Shown here piece after piece: positions 1 through 11,070 of a DNA stretch of 64,000 nucleotides. The position numbers were made by a program, and so were the translations under genes. The notes beneath the pieces are model-generated. The model was not told the DNA's origin. It made no database searches and saw only the letters and a list, made by a program, of their open reading frames with translations. Each line of letters begins with the position of its first letter. Within the stretch, counting starts at the first letter, position 1. This DNA comes from Rhodosorus marinus CCMP1338 (lineage: Eukaryota; Plantae; Rhodophyta), in the NCBI GenBank assembly GCA_029953675.1, contig JAMWBK010000011.1:372001-436000 (forward strand). Direction: 5' to 3'.

Positions 1-443
1 TTCTGTTGAGCAAGGTTTGACCTTGTTGGTTTCTGTGTAGTAGATGGGAGGTCTTGTGGTGGTTTCCGTTTTTGAACATTGTCTAGGCCTTTGGCGGGTG
101 TTGTGGCGGGGAGGAGATTATGACTTGGTTGGCGGGTTGGAACTTTTTCCTTGCTCGGGCGTGTTTTGGAATGGGATCAGTGCTTAAAGGTGGTCGCTGC
201 GATCTCGGTTTGCCGCCGTAGTTTGCAGAGAATCATATTGTTTTTACTAGATTCAAGTACTCAAAGTTAGCTGCTTGAGTGCACAATTTTGCTGGACAAA
301 GGTTGGGTTGCCTCCCGGCTCTTGAAAAGCCCAATATTTTCTGCTTCAAGCGTATCTTTCGTGCTCCTGGTTTCTTAAATACTGGTCCTACCCCTGTTAA
401 AGCCGGACTAAAGCTCCCAATCATCCTGGCACCAAGCTCGCGG

Positions 444-2117
444 TCATGGCACCTTCCTCCCCACGACGCAGTAGTAGATTAATCGTCTGTTACCGTTTAA
501 GAACCCTCGTTCACATCGCCTTCCGGCACATCTCTTCCAGCCGCAAACTGGTGCTGGTAGTTTGCAATTTGGGCCGTTCGTTCCTTTGGGACATTTGCAA
601 ACCTTTCCAATCGTGATAATTTTGTCAACCTGTATGCCGATTTCTCTGATCACAGTGACGCCTCCCATGTACTCCACTATGATTCTCAAAACCTTAGTCT
701 GAGTCCCGAGCCCAAAGTGGAGCGTCTCCATGCATGCCTGAGAGTGTGACCGTCCGGGGGTTGAAACTCGCTTCATAAAGATTCCCCCGGGAGTCACCAC
801 TTTAACAACTGCGTACATGGGGCTCCTGTCCATTTTTGGGTTCATTGACGCGCAGGCAGGTCTGCCTACTCGGACGATGATGTAGTGCCGGTTACCCTTC
901 GGAGTCGTATTTCTGTACAAGTTCCAGGTCGAGTTTCGATTGCCGGACAAAATATCCGGCTTTCCGTCGTTGTCAAAGTCGAACGCAATCGAATTGTTGC
1001 CATCCTCCCACGGATTCTTGGATTGTGTCCCCACATTCCTCGTCTTCGTAAAGAACTTACCGCCGTTGTTGAGCAGCATCAGATCCTGCATACGCCGTTT
1101 CTTGTAGTCGGTGGTAAAAGTCACGTACAGATCGTCCCATCCATCGTTGTTGAAATCAGCAAACGTCGCGTGTCGATTGTGCCCGAGTATGTTGACACCC
1201 GTAGAATTGCTGACGTCAACAAAGATTCCGTTGCGATTTTCCAGCAGGATGTTCGGCATGTTATACACCCCGGGGTAGCCCCTCGTCATGTACAGATCAA
1301 AATCTCCGTCGCGGTCGTAGTCAAACTCCACGATGGACGTCACCAGCCTCATGTTAATGTTCGGCAATATCTTGTTGTTTTTGATGAACTTGAAACCCCC
1401 AGTACCCAAGTAGACGTCGACTCGTTCGATCATGAAAACCAGGATATCGATGTTCCCGTCGTTGTTAATGTCAACAATAGTGTTCGTGAATCCTGGTCGC
1501 ATTTCTAGTCCTGTGTTTTCTCGCAGACGAAATTTTCCATTCCCAAGGTTCTGGTAGACGTAATTTTTCCTTCCGCCGTCCAGCTTCTGCTGGTTGATGA
1601 ACATTAAATCAAGCTTGCCATCGTGGTTCAAGTCCACAAAGGCAGCCGTTCTCCCGCGCATCAGCTCGTTGCCGAATCCGTACTTGAACCCAGCGTCCCT
1701 CTTCCACGTGTGATTCTTCTTGACACTGTAGTAGATTGGAACTCCAGGTTTTTGCCCCCCACTTCCGCCAATCGTGAATACCACGTCCATGATTCCGTCG
1801 TCGTCCAAATCCCCAGCAGCGGTCCCGTGCACGTCGTGCATATAAAGGCGAGGATCCATGCTCTCAAACATGTTGTGCCCTTTCGACCAGTACCACTCCG
1901 CATTGTTCCCATGGTTGCTCAGGATCAAATCGTACCTGCCATCACAGTCCAGGTCAGCAATCGTCGCCCCATCGTACTTGCTCCCCTCTGGCCTTCGCCT
2001 GTGGTTCTCACTCAGCGTTTGAATACCCCTTGACGCCGAAACGTCCGCAAATTTTGGCCTTAAAGCCGCCTCAGAGGCCGCCACCAGCACCAACAGAACA
2101 ACAAAAACCAGCCGCAT
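444..2117 (-). CDS. Secreted FG-GAP/VCBS beta-propeller + ASPIC/UnbV (CRTAC1-like) protein, paralogue 1 (557 aa, intronless)
   Basis: Signal peptide MRLVFVVLLVLVAASEA; repeated DxD/NxDGxxD Ca-binding FG-GAP motifs (DLDCDGRYD, DLDDDGIMD, DLNHDGKLD, DINNDGNID, DYDRDGDFD, DFNNDGWDD, DFDNDGKPD); ASPIC/UnbV-type SQACMETLHFGLG; EGF-like CKCPKGTNGPNC. Confidence 0.9.
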   Translation of the reverse strand: MRLVFVVLLVLVAASEAALRPKFADVSASRGIQTLSENHRRRPEGSKYDGATIADLDCDGRYDLILSNHGNNAEWYWSKGHNMFESMDPRLYMHDVHGTAAGDLDDDGIMDVVFTIGGSGGQKPGVPIYYSVKKNHTWKRDAGFKYGFGNELMRGRTAAFVDLNHDGKLDLMFINQQKLDGGRKNYVYQNLGNGKFRLRENTGLEMRPGFTNTIVDINNDGNIDILVFMIERVDVYLGTGGFKFIKNNKILPNINMRLVTSIVEFDYDRDGDFDLYMTRGYPGVYNMPNILLENRNGIFVDVSNSTGVNILGHNRHATFADFNNDGWDDLYVTFTTDYKKRRMQDLMLLNNGGKFFTKTRNVGTQSKNPWEDGNNSIAFDFDNDGKPDILSGNRNSTWNLYRNTTPKGNRHYIIVRVGRPACASMNPKMDRSPMYAVVKVVTPGGIFMKRVSTPGRSHSQACMETLHFGLGTQTKVLRIIVEYMGGVTVIREIGIQVDKIITIGKVCKCPKGTNGPNCKLPAPVCGWKRCAGRRCERGFLNGNRRLIYYCVVGRKVP

Positions 2118-2984
2118 GTTTTCCTTTCAACCCCCGCCTCGCCTCCACCAGGGCGGGCTCATCACCCTACCCAACACCCTGCTCTCCCCCTCAACACCTC
2201 CTCTTCGCGCCAGCAACAACACCCATCTTCCCCCGCCCGTCCCCAACGCCCGTGAAATTCGTCTAAGGCCATCTAATATACCCCAATGGCACCTCAGTCT
2301 CTCTCACCGGAGTATTATACGGTCAATGACTACCCACCAGGCACTTTTTCTCGACTTGAATATCTTAAAAAAAGGATGAAACTAGACCTAAAAATTTTCT
2401 GCTCGACAGGCGGTACAATCAAAACAAAACATTGAGGAAAAAAAAAGTTAAAACGAAAGGGACAAAGTTTGCTCTGAGAAAACAGGGAGAATTTATTTAC
2501 CACGGGGGAGGGGGGGGGGTAAAATTTCGCCGTTCGTCACTATGGACACGGTAAGATTTTGCATTTTTTTATTTTTAGAACGACTTGTTGATCCAACAAC
2601 GGAAAAAAATTGTAGGGGAGAACTACCAGTACAGTTTGTCAAAATCTCGCTTGTCCCGATTTCTTGTGCCGATAATCCTACAAATAGATCAGAGAAGGAA
2701 TAATTTAGGATAGCTTAGACTTTTTCGTCTAAATGCGAAGAAGCAAACGTGGAAGGTCATCGGAATCGAGCAGCACAAAAAGTTAGAATAAAACTAATGG
2801 CAGAGTGAAAGTTGCATGCATTTCGACCCCATTTTGTAGGGGGCAAGTCACCGATAAACACTTTCGCAACTCGATCCTTAAAATATGTTTAGAAAGATAT
2901 ATGAAAATTTCGGTAGTGAAAGAGGGGGTAGGATGGTGAGAGGTAGTGGTGGACGAGGAGACACTCGTCAAACACACTTGGTCA

Positions 2985-3262
2985 TAGGCAGGACGAGACA
3001 GGCTGCCGTTTCGTTGTAGCGGTTGGTGTGTGTGTGTGTGTGTGTGACGATATTGAATAGGAGGAAGAGATACCGACAAGCCCTGCGCGAAAGCTGATTG
3101 GAGAGCCACGTGGAGCACTTCCGCTAGCTTGATGCTGAGCAGGACGACCCGTCTGCCGTTTTGTTCTTAGGGGTTTGGTGCTTGTGCATGTGTGTGTGTG
3201 TGTGTGTGCGATATCGAATAGGAGGAAGAGATAGAGAGATGCCCTGCGCGAAAGCTGATTGG
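2985..3262. repeat. Diverged tandem duplication (period about 161 bp), each unit carrying a (GT)n microsatellite
   Basis: GAATAGGAGGAAGAGATA at 3055 and 3216; GCCCTGCGCGAAAGCTGATTGG at 3080 and 3241; (GT)n in both units. Confidence 0.85.
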
Positions 3263-3862
3263 TATGACGACTCGTTTCTGCGCTCTTAAGGCGAAAATTA
3301 CTGAATTCCGAAAGCGTGGCGAGCCGGCGGAGCTCGTCGCAAAAGTTTCTTTCCTCGTCCTCACGGACAACTTCCGCATCCAAAAAAATTTGAGCCTAAT
3401 GAAAAAATACTATAATGAAAACCCCCCTTCCCTCCCTTCCCCCAACCCTTCGGTGGCGGCGGTACAGAGATGACCAGCATTACGCTCGAAGGCCTTTCGG
3501 CTTGCGGGAAGTGTAATCACTTCCACCACCACCTTTGCAACTCAAAGCCACCATTTACCAACCCTCGCTCCTCTCTCCGCCTGTTGCTCCTCACACCTCC
3601 TCGCTCCCCAATGAAAAAGTAGAACGGTATAAGCCAACCTCAGCAAATCGCTTGGGACAAACTCGGCATCAGTTCTACAAGGTGTCGCCCGTCTTGATCT
3701 GGCACTCCGGCTAAGGAACTCTCGCCACGTTCAATGTACAATAAAATGTGAAAAATTCCACCATCGCCGAAAACACGGTAATTACTTACTGTATAAATAC
3801 GCCTGTTTTCATTGATTATACCATTATAGCATAGAAAATAAGAACTTTTAGGTATCTTATGA

Positions 3863-4370
3863 TACCGTAAATTACTCTGTGCGATGAAACGAAATGCGTA
3901 AGCATAAATTTGCTCGGCAAAAAAAATGATTGTTTTAGACTTTGTTAGGAAACAATGCCTGCATAATATATATATAAAATGAATATATTGTATAAGCCAA
4001 TAGAAATTGTATAAGTAAAATTTGCAGTAGCCAATAGTTGTTGAGGATGGGATTATTGAGGTTGAAAACTTTGTCCCGCTTTTCGTGGGGTCGTGATCGA
4101 ACGAACGGGAAAAGGGAAGGGGGCGATTGTCATTGACATTATGGTACCGTAAATTACTCTGTAGGTTTTTTTTTCATCCGATGAAAGCGAAGCACGTAAG
4201 CATCAATTCGTTCCGCCAAAAAATTTATGATAGTTTTAGATTTTGGCAAGCAGAGGCAGAATAGTATAAGCTTAGATAAATCCGAGTACCGTAAATTACT
4301 CTGTAGGATGTGTTCCGCAGATAAAGCCAAATCCACAAGCATCAATTTGTATCCAAAAAAAATTATGGTA
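3863..4370 (+). repeat. Three direct repeats of about 90 bp, each starting with the perfect 18-mer TACCGTAAATTACTCTGT
   Basis: 18-mer at 3863, 4145 and 4287, each followed by similar ...AAGCAT(A/C)AATT...AAAAAA... sequence. Confidence 0.85.
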
Positions 4371-5016
4371 GTCGTTGTTTAAGGAAAAAAAGGGTATTTG
4401 ATGGCCTATAATTAAAATGTTTTTCATAATATTGTACTGGACTTAACTTTTCTTTCATGAATCGATTAATAAATTATTATTTATTGCAGTATCAAACTGT
4501 TTAAAGTAATTTCAGAGTACAAGCGTTATTATTATAACAATTAAATAGAAAATCTATAAATAAAATTATTTAATAGGCTCTCCCTTTTATCTCAATTAAA
4601 TGAAATAAATCAGGGTACGCGTTCCTATGTATTGCATAGATTCTCCGACTTCGCAACTTTTGACAAGATCCATTTGGAATCGGATAGAACAAAATCAAGA
4701 ATTTAGAATGAGAATATCATTGGTTTCGTCACCGTGAATTGTCTTGCTTGATGCTTGTGGATTGGGAAAATGAGCTGAGCGACGGGAACGAGCCGTTTCT
4801 GCATGCTGTCTTTCAAGGGAGGCGGATCTATCTTCGGTTCACTTGCTCTCGCAGGGACCAAAGGTCGATCGCACTTTCTCTCTCAAGGTTTTTCTGCCTT
4901 GATCATTTCTGGTGTTCTTGTTCAGCGGCTGACGCTTCTATCCAAACCCGTACAAGTGGGTAACCCCTTAACGGGAGTTACGGAGTTACGGATTGGCACG
5001 GGAGTTCACCAATTGT

Positions 5017-5125
5017 ACGTGGGGATGTAGCTCTATAAGCTTGTGCTACCAGGGAAACTCATCGTCCTTACGTGGTGATGTAGCTCTAGAAGCTTGTGCT
5101 GCCAGGGAAACTGATTGTCCGTACG
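5017..5125. repeat. 53-bp tandem duplication
   Basis: GATGTAGCTCTA(T/G)AAGCTTGTGCT(A/G)CCAGGGAAACT at 5024 and 5077. Confidence 0.8.
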
Positions 5126-5630
5126 TCGTCGACACTGGTAGCTTCTTATTTATTTGGTCACCGACGCGTTTTAAAGGGAAGCAAAACGTATGACTAGAAA
5201 ACAATCCGTTTGCAGGTCATCTGAAAGACGCGTTCCCCATGTATCTTCAATCCACCTCAAAAACCTAAAATTATATCTACTTCTATGCACAAGTGTGAAT
5301 GTGAGCCCGGAGCCTGCATGCGACCCCTATACATATATATATATATATATATCGGGTCCGAGTAAGGCATTGCAAGAAGGAGGAGGAGACTGTCTAGCGA
5401 ATCGACTCCGAGAGTGCGGTTGCGTCTGTCATGGATGGATCTATCAAGGGGAGCAGTGTTGCAAACCGGTCTTTGAAATACTCATGGGATTTATTGATAC
5501 ACATAGCCATGGGAGTGGAAGGCAACCGATGAAGCACTTAGCCTTTATTGGGCAGCTACCTAATGTAGCGCATCACACGATCACTACGTACGCACTAACC
5601 AAACCTGGACTCCCTGTCCAAAAGTCTCAT

Positions 5631-7200
5631 CTAAATTCTACTTAGGGGAAATATCGGTCTATCTGCGCGATCTTTCTCGATCGCGTGCTCAACGAGCGCA
5701 GCATTGTGCTGCCACAAAATGCGGTTTAGTTGACCCCTCACCGACGATAGATGGGAGTCACGATCATGCAGGTGCGCGCTCGCCGTTCGAAGAAACTCAA
5801 GGCTTGCCTGGCCCATTCGACCAAATGTCTCAAAAATGAACGGCACAAGAACAACATCTCGGTTTTGCCCCCTCAGCACTTCCTTATAATGCAACGCCTT
5901 CGCTTGTTCGGCCTGTTTCGCAGCATACCCGCAGTTCCAGCTCGTATGTCTCAACTGATGCCTTTGAAGTGGCGATGTCACCATCACATCCACCACGTAC
6001 ACGCATCCGCTCGTCGGGTGTCGTGCAACGATGTCTGGGCGAATTCCAGACCCAGCAAAGAACCCCTGAGGCTCTACTTGTATCTCCGTGAAACTCCATA
6101 GGTGTAACCATCGACTCAGTTCCACCTTTAGCTCGTCGTGCCTCTTGGTTCGCATCCCTGATGAGGTCCTGCAGTGGTGCAGCCGCTGGATCCCACGCAC
6201 ATCGTGTGGTTGCTGGCAGACTGTGCACGTGTGTGACCGCCCTAGTCCTTGTAGTGGTAGCCCTAGAAGCATCCGCATGCTCCACAACATCTCATTTCGC
6301 GTCAACTGCCGCGGCCCTGTACTAGGACAGTCGCGTAGCCAGACCCCGCACCCCGTTCCAGATGCCGATCGGATCCTCGCCCGGTCTAGGTCGTCCAGTG
6401 TTGAATCTCCAGTAAGCTCCTCAAAGGCTTGTCGGTGACACTCTCGAGAGAGCGTTTTTTGGATCGGACCGTCAAACCTTTGGGTACCTCCTGTGTCTTC
6501 CGCTGTGCCTTCCGCCGAGTCCTCCAGCGGTTGCCAATCGGCCAGCCTCTGGATCCGTGCACTGGTCGTCGCTGGCAAACGTCGTCTAGTTGCGCGACTT
6601 GCCTCCACCAGTTGCCAAGCAAGTCCATCGGTTGTCCATCCAAGTCGCACCCGTGGCAGCGATTCTCCTTGTGCTGCCGCAATACACTCCTGGGAAAGCC
6701 GTTCGAGGTAGCGTGATTCAGTGGTGTTCTCTTGCAGGCTTTGTTTCCACCCTGCATGGAAGGCAACTGGTTGAATTCTCGTGTGCGTGGCAAAGCCAAG
6801 TCCTCCCCATCGACACGGGAATCGAATCTGTTTCTCAACCGCTGCAGCCTCACGTGCGGTGATATCCTGGTGTTGACATAGGCCTCCACACAAGCCTTCA
6901 AGCTCCGAGAGGGTGATCACGTCCGCCTCGCGGGCAACGGTACGTCCAAGGGGGGTACGCCAGCCCACGTGTATGATAATCGAGCCTTGTGCCTGCGCAG
7001 TACCGAAAGAGGGCCAGCTTGACTTGGAGTTCAGCATCGGGGAGTCCCTGAATCGATTTTACCAGGTTCGCATGTCGCGTTTGAACTTGGACCAGCACCG
7101 CTGTCTGAACATGCCGTCGTCCTTGTGACCATCCTCCGAGAAAGGCGGTTATGAGGGTTGGTTGGAATAGCAGAGATGCTACATGACAAGAGATCCTATT
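5631..7200 (-). mobile_element. 5'-truncated, frameshifted CRE/SLACS-clade non-LTR retrotransposon (RT C-terminus, zinc finger, restriction-like endonuclease)
   Basis: ALFRYCAGTRLDY (ORF 6898-7278), then after a frameshift QIRFPCRWGGLG, RIRSASGTGCGVWL, MRMLLGLP, CTVC..HHC..RHDEL, RPDI..VDVMV, LVPFIFETFGRMG (ORF 5631-7037); these match CRE/R2-type REL-endonuclease elements. Confidence 0.8.
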
Positions 7201-7302
7201 CAACGCTGGTGCTGAGAACAACCGTCCGGAAACAAGAATACTAGCAAACAGCTGTAGGTTCCTGACACGTATGCGCACGTAGTTACCTTCAGATGTACAT
7301 CT

Positions 7303-7398
7303 GTACCCTCAGAGGTATTGCCTGCGCACAGAGGTACCCTCAGAGGTTTTGTCTGCGCACAGAGGTACCCTCAGAGGTTTTGTCTGCGCACAGAGGTA
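7303..7398. repeat. 31-bp minisatellite, three copies, next to the truncated 5' end of the retroelement
   Basis: Unit GTACCCTCAGAGGTTTTGTCTGCGCACAGAG. Confidence 0.9.
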
Positions 7399-8282
7399 TC
7401 TTCACAGAGGAATCTACCTTCAGTGTGCAAGTGGTAGACGCGGCGCTGCGACACAAGAGACTTTGTCATCAAGATCAAATGCAGTCCTTTTCCGCGTCTT
7501 TTGATCGAAAACGCTCCGTCCTGCACATAGTTTCCTTATAGACCCCACTGTGGAGAACCGCTATACACACAACCTCAATCGAATTCAACGGCCAGATTCC
7601 ATACCCACCACACCGCACACTATAAGTCCTGAAAATCAAGCCAACAGCTAATTAATCCATACGAGATGTGAATTTTAAAAATAATAAATATCGTATCCAA
7701 TATACTCTAACGTTTGTTTGTTAAGCAACTTCAATACGCAATATTTTAAACGACAAACTAGTACGCAAACCCTTCCAAAACGCCCCCAGTAAACGAACAT
7801 TGGCTCCAAACTATCATTTTCCAAAGAAACACAATACTCGTCCAACCGTTTCAGATATGATCGATGGATTATTGAATTTATCATATTTTATTCCAGTCGG
7901 ATATTTAGTCGAACGTAATTCGCCGATGGGATATTGAATATAAGAAAGTTTTGACCAGTTCGAGATTGTGCTGAGACGTACGACGCCAATTTCGTACTCT
8001 CAACTCGGTATTATATAATAAGGGTCGGGGCTTCCGGGGTGGATAGGCGGAGGAGGACTTGGGTCCGGAGCACCTTAGAGTCTAGAGCTAGCTAGCTAGC
8101 TACGTGTACGCTGAGGAGTCTTATTTTTTGTTTTGGCTTTGAAAGTTTTGGGCTTGCCAGAGTTGCCATCAGAGCAGCTGTTTCAGGGCATTGTGTCTAC
8201 TAAGAGATTGTTTGGGCTTCTGCTCTATGAACTGGCGGGTGGACGATAATCAGGTTGACCTTGATCGTCCTTTGGCGTCGAA

Positions 8283-10064
8283 ATGGGATGGAGAGGTTCA
8301 GTTCTGGTTGTGGTATTAGGCCTGATCTTGGTCCTGGCGGAGTGCGCGAAACGACCCTTTTTTGAGGATGTTTCGCATCGGAAGGGCATACAGAGCCTCG
8401 AGGAGAACCACAGACGGGTGCCACTTGGGAGCAAATACGACGGCGCTACAATTGCCGATCTAGATGGAGATGGCTGGTATGACTTGGTACTTTCCAACCA
8501 TGGGAACAACGCTGAATGGTACTGGTCGACGGGCGACGGATCTTTCGAGTTTGAGGATCCACGTTTGCGATATTTTGATGTGCACGGAACGGCAGCTGGA
8601 GACGTTGATAACGATGGAAAAATGGAGGTAATAATTGCCATTGGAGGGTCTGCGGGTAGCAAGCCTTCAACTCCAGTCCTCTACACTCAGGGCGCAAACG
8701 GAAGAATCAGCAGGACCCGTGGCGAGGGGCACGGACTTGACGAGATGGCCATACGCGGAAGAAGTGTTAGTTTCGTGGATATCGACAACGACGGCGACCT
8801 TGATCTGATATATACGAACAAGCGTGAAGAGGGAACGATGAAAGCACATTTGGTGTACGAGAACACTGGCGAAGGGCAGTTTGTACTTCGGAAAAACACG
8901 GGTATTGAGTCTGCAGACGCATGGAAAATCGTGATTTTCGACATCAACGAGGACGGCAATGCAGATATACTCTTCTTCACAAGTTTCGGGCCAGCGGAGC
9001 TCTACTTGGGGACCGGTGACTTCAAGTTTACAAGAGACCATGATACTCTACCCTTGGATCTTTTGGAGTACGCACATTGCATCGCCATTATGGACTATGA
9101 CAACGATGGTGATCTTGACCTGTTCATCGTGCGTGGGTCGGATACACCTAGGACGCGAAAGCCCAACACTCTCCTCGAGAACAGAGGAACGGACGGGTAC
9201 ACAGACGTTGCGGCAGAGAAAAAATTGAGCGTCCTTACAAACTACACGAGCTACTTCGTAACTTACGGTGACTTCAATAATGACGGCTACATAGACTTGT
9301 ACGTCACTATCAGCACCGACTATACTGGTCCTAGACAGAAAGACCTGCTGTTTGTCAACGAAGCGGGCATTTACTTTAGAGAGGTGAAGGACCACGGAAT
9401 CAACGCGAGTGGTCTGCCAGAGGACGGAAACAGCGCGATTGCGTTTGATTTTAACATGGATGGAAATATGGACCTATTGACTGGAAACAGAAACTCCACG
9501 TGGAGATTGTACGAGAATAAGACGGATCTCACCAGGAGGCACTATCTGTTCGTTAGAGTAGGCAGACCGCCAGCAACGGAGCTGGACCCCGGACTGGATC
9601 GAAATCCCCTTGGTGCGGTGGTGAGAGTTTACACTGGGAGAGGTGAAGTCTTTACGAGAGAGGTGGGCACCCCAGGGAGATCTCACGCACAGGCGTACAT
9701 GGACACGCTTCACTTTGGCCTTCGGAAGAATGAAGCAATCGAAAAGATTGTGGTAAGGTATATGGGAGGGGTTACGGTTGTGCGCCGGCGAGGTATTAAG
9801 GTAGACAAGATAGTGGTCGTTGGCCGATTTTTCCATTGTCCTCCTGGACTAACTGGTAGAAACTGCGACCGTGTGCCAGTTTGCGACAGAGAAAATATAT
9901 GCCAAGGTCGCCCCTGCGATAATGTTTTCTACGCCAACTGTGAGGGGTGTGGAGGTTACTTTTGTTTGGCACCTGGTGAAGAGCCAAAAGCGCGGACAGG
10001 TGAAAAATGCCCGAGCCCGTGTGACTCTCATGAGTTTTCCACAACGAAGGGGAATAAGAAATAA
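8283..10064 (+). CDS. Secreted FG-GAP + ASPIC/UnbV protein, paralogue 2 (593 aa, intronless)
   Basis: Signal peptide MGWRGSVLVVVLGLILVLAECA; seven FG-GAP-like DxxxDG motifs; TPGRSHAQAYMDTLHFGL; CPPGLTGRNC and Cys-rich tail. Confidence 0.9.
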   Translation: MGWRGSVLVVVLGLILVLAECAKRPFFEDVSHRKGIQSLEENHRRVPLGSKYDGATIADLDGDGWYDLVLSNHGNNAEWYWSTGDGSFEFEDPRLRYFDVHGTAAGDVDNDGKMEVIIAIGGSAGSKPSTPVLYTQGANGRISRTRGEGHGLDEMAIRGRSVSFVDIDNDGDLDLIYTNKREEGTMKAHLVYENTGEGQFVLRKNTGIESADAWKIVIFDINEDGNADILFFTSFGPAELYLGTGDFKFTRDHDTLPLDLLEYAHCIAIMDYDNDGDLDLFIVRGSDTPRTRKPNTLLENRGTDGYTDVAAEKKLSVLTNYTSYFVTYGDFNNDGYIDLYVTISTDYTGPRQKDLLFVNEAGIYFREVKDHGINASGLPEDGNSAIAFDFNMDGNMDLLTGNRNSTWRLYENKTDLTRRHYLFVRVGRPPATELDPGLDRNPLGAVVRVYTGRGEVFTREVGTPGRSHAQAYMDTLHFGLRKNEAIEKIVVRYMGGVTVVRRRGIKVDKIVVVGRFFHCPPGLTGRNCDRVPVCDRENICQGRPCDNVFYANCEGCGGYFCLAPGEEPKARTGEKCPSPCDSHEFSTTKGNKK

Positions 10065-10401
10065 GAAGGAACCTGCGTGAATATGTCGGTCAAGGGTCAT
10101 GAGAGCTCCTCCATCGGCCCATCTTTGCATTGATCGCACGCGCTCACGCCGCAAATTTGGTAGGGATTCTGCGGTTGATCACAAAATGGGATGTGGAGCA
10201 CCGAGGCCCCTTCTGTTCGACATTTTCTATTGACGAAACACTCGTCTGGAAAGCCTTAGCTTAAATCGACTTATTCCCATGCAGGTTGTCATAACTTGGA
10301 GAAGCCAATCCGTGCCCACATGGTGAGGCATCGCGGACCAGACCCAGTCCGCTTCGGTGCTCTTCATCTTTTCGCCTCTTTGGTGGCCTGGACACGAAAT
10401 T

Positions 10402-11070
10402 CATCATCGCTGCGATGATGGGGTGCGGACATAGGTCTTGCCCCGTCCATCAATCGATAGTCGCTCCAGTTGTACAAAGGGTACAACTGGAGCGGGGCGG
10501 ATTCTCCACGAACCCATCAACCGATGAGGGACGCGGAGAAACGAGGTATGAGACTTGCTATGAAAATATGATCCTTGCTGGAGGAGCCCACGCGGGCTTG
10601 TCGCGAAGGTCCGCGACAACGCTAAGGTAAATAGGCCATTTGGCTTTGCTCATCAGGTAGATACTTTATTCAGGACTAAAGAGTAGGCTCTTTAGTCCTG
10701 AATAAAGCAAACATTGACTCGCAAACTACGATCAAGATTTCCATAGAGTGATATTGCTACGAGTTGTTTTCAAACTATAGTTTGAGCATTTGATTCTTTT
10801 CTCCACGAAGATTCGTTTCTATCATGACGAAAATGTCCTTGATTACTAAAAAGCAGATGTTTACATAAACAGGTCTCCTCCTGTCCCGACATGCAAAACG
10901 CTGGGGAGTCAAGTTACCAAAGTTAGAAAGTCGCAAAGACCATCAAGACGATGGTCTTTGATGTCACTACCCCGAACAGGATGCGCTGAGGCCGTTCTCA
11001 GTAATGTTAGGATTGTCCCATCGGTTGGAGCCGGACCCGGCCCGAATCACGGTTAAGAGAAAGCTCTTTC
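10402..11070. other. Cluster of perfect inverted repeats/hairpins
   Basis: 9-bp arms 10402-10420; 14-bp stem 10462-10494; 8-bp stem 10598-10619; 20-bp stem 10664-10707; 16-bp palindrome TCAAACTATAGTTTGA 10770-10785; 11-bp stem 10934-10960; several 5-bp stems. Confidence 0.8.

Noticed and set aside
3863-4370. CRISPR-like appearance of repeated 18-mers
   Set aside because: Only three copies, long unequal spacers that are homologous to each other, eukaryotic context, and no cas genes.
6150-6200. CTGATGAG hammerhead-core-like motif in the retroelement
   Set aside because: No following GAAA core or closing stems; it lies within coding sequence.
10664-10707. GACTA/TAGTC resembling group I intron P7 (R/S elements)
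   Set aside because: It is simply the two arms of one local hairpin; no P, Q or other core elements were found.
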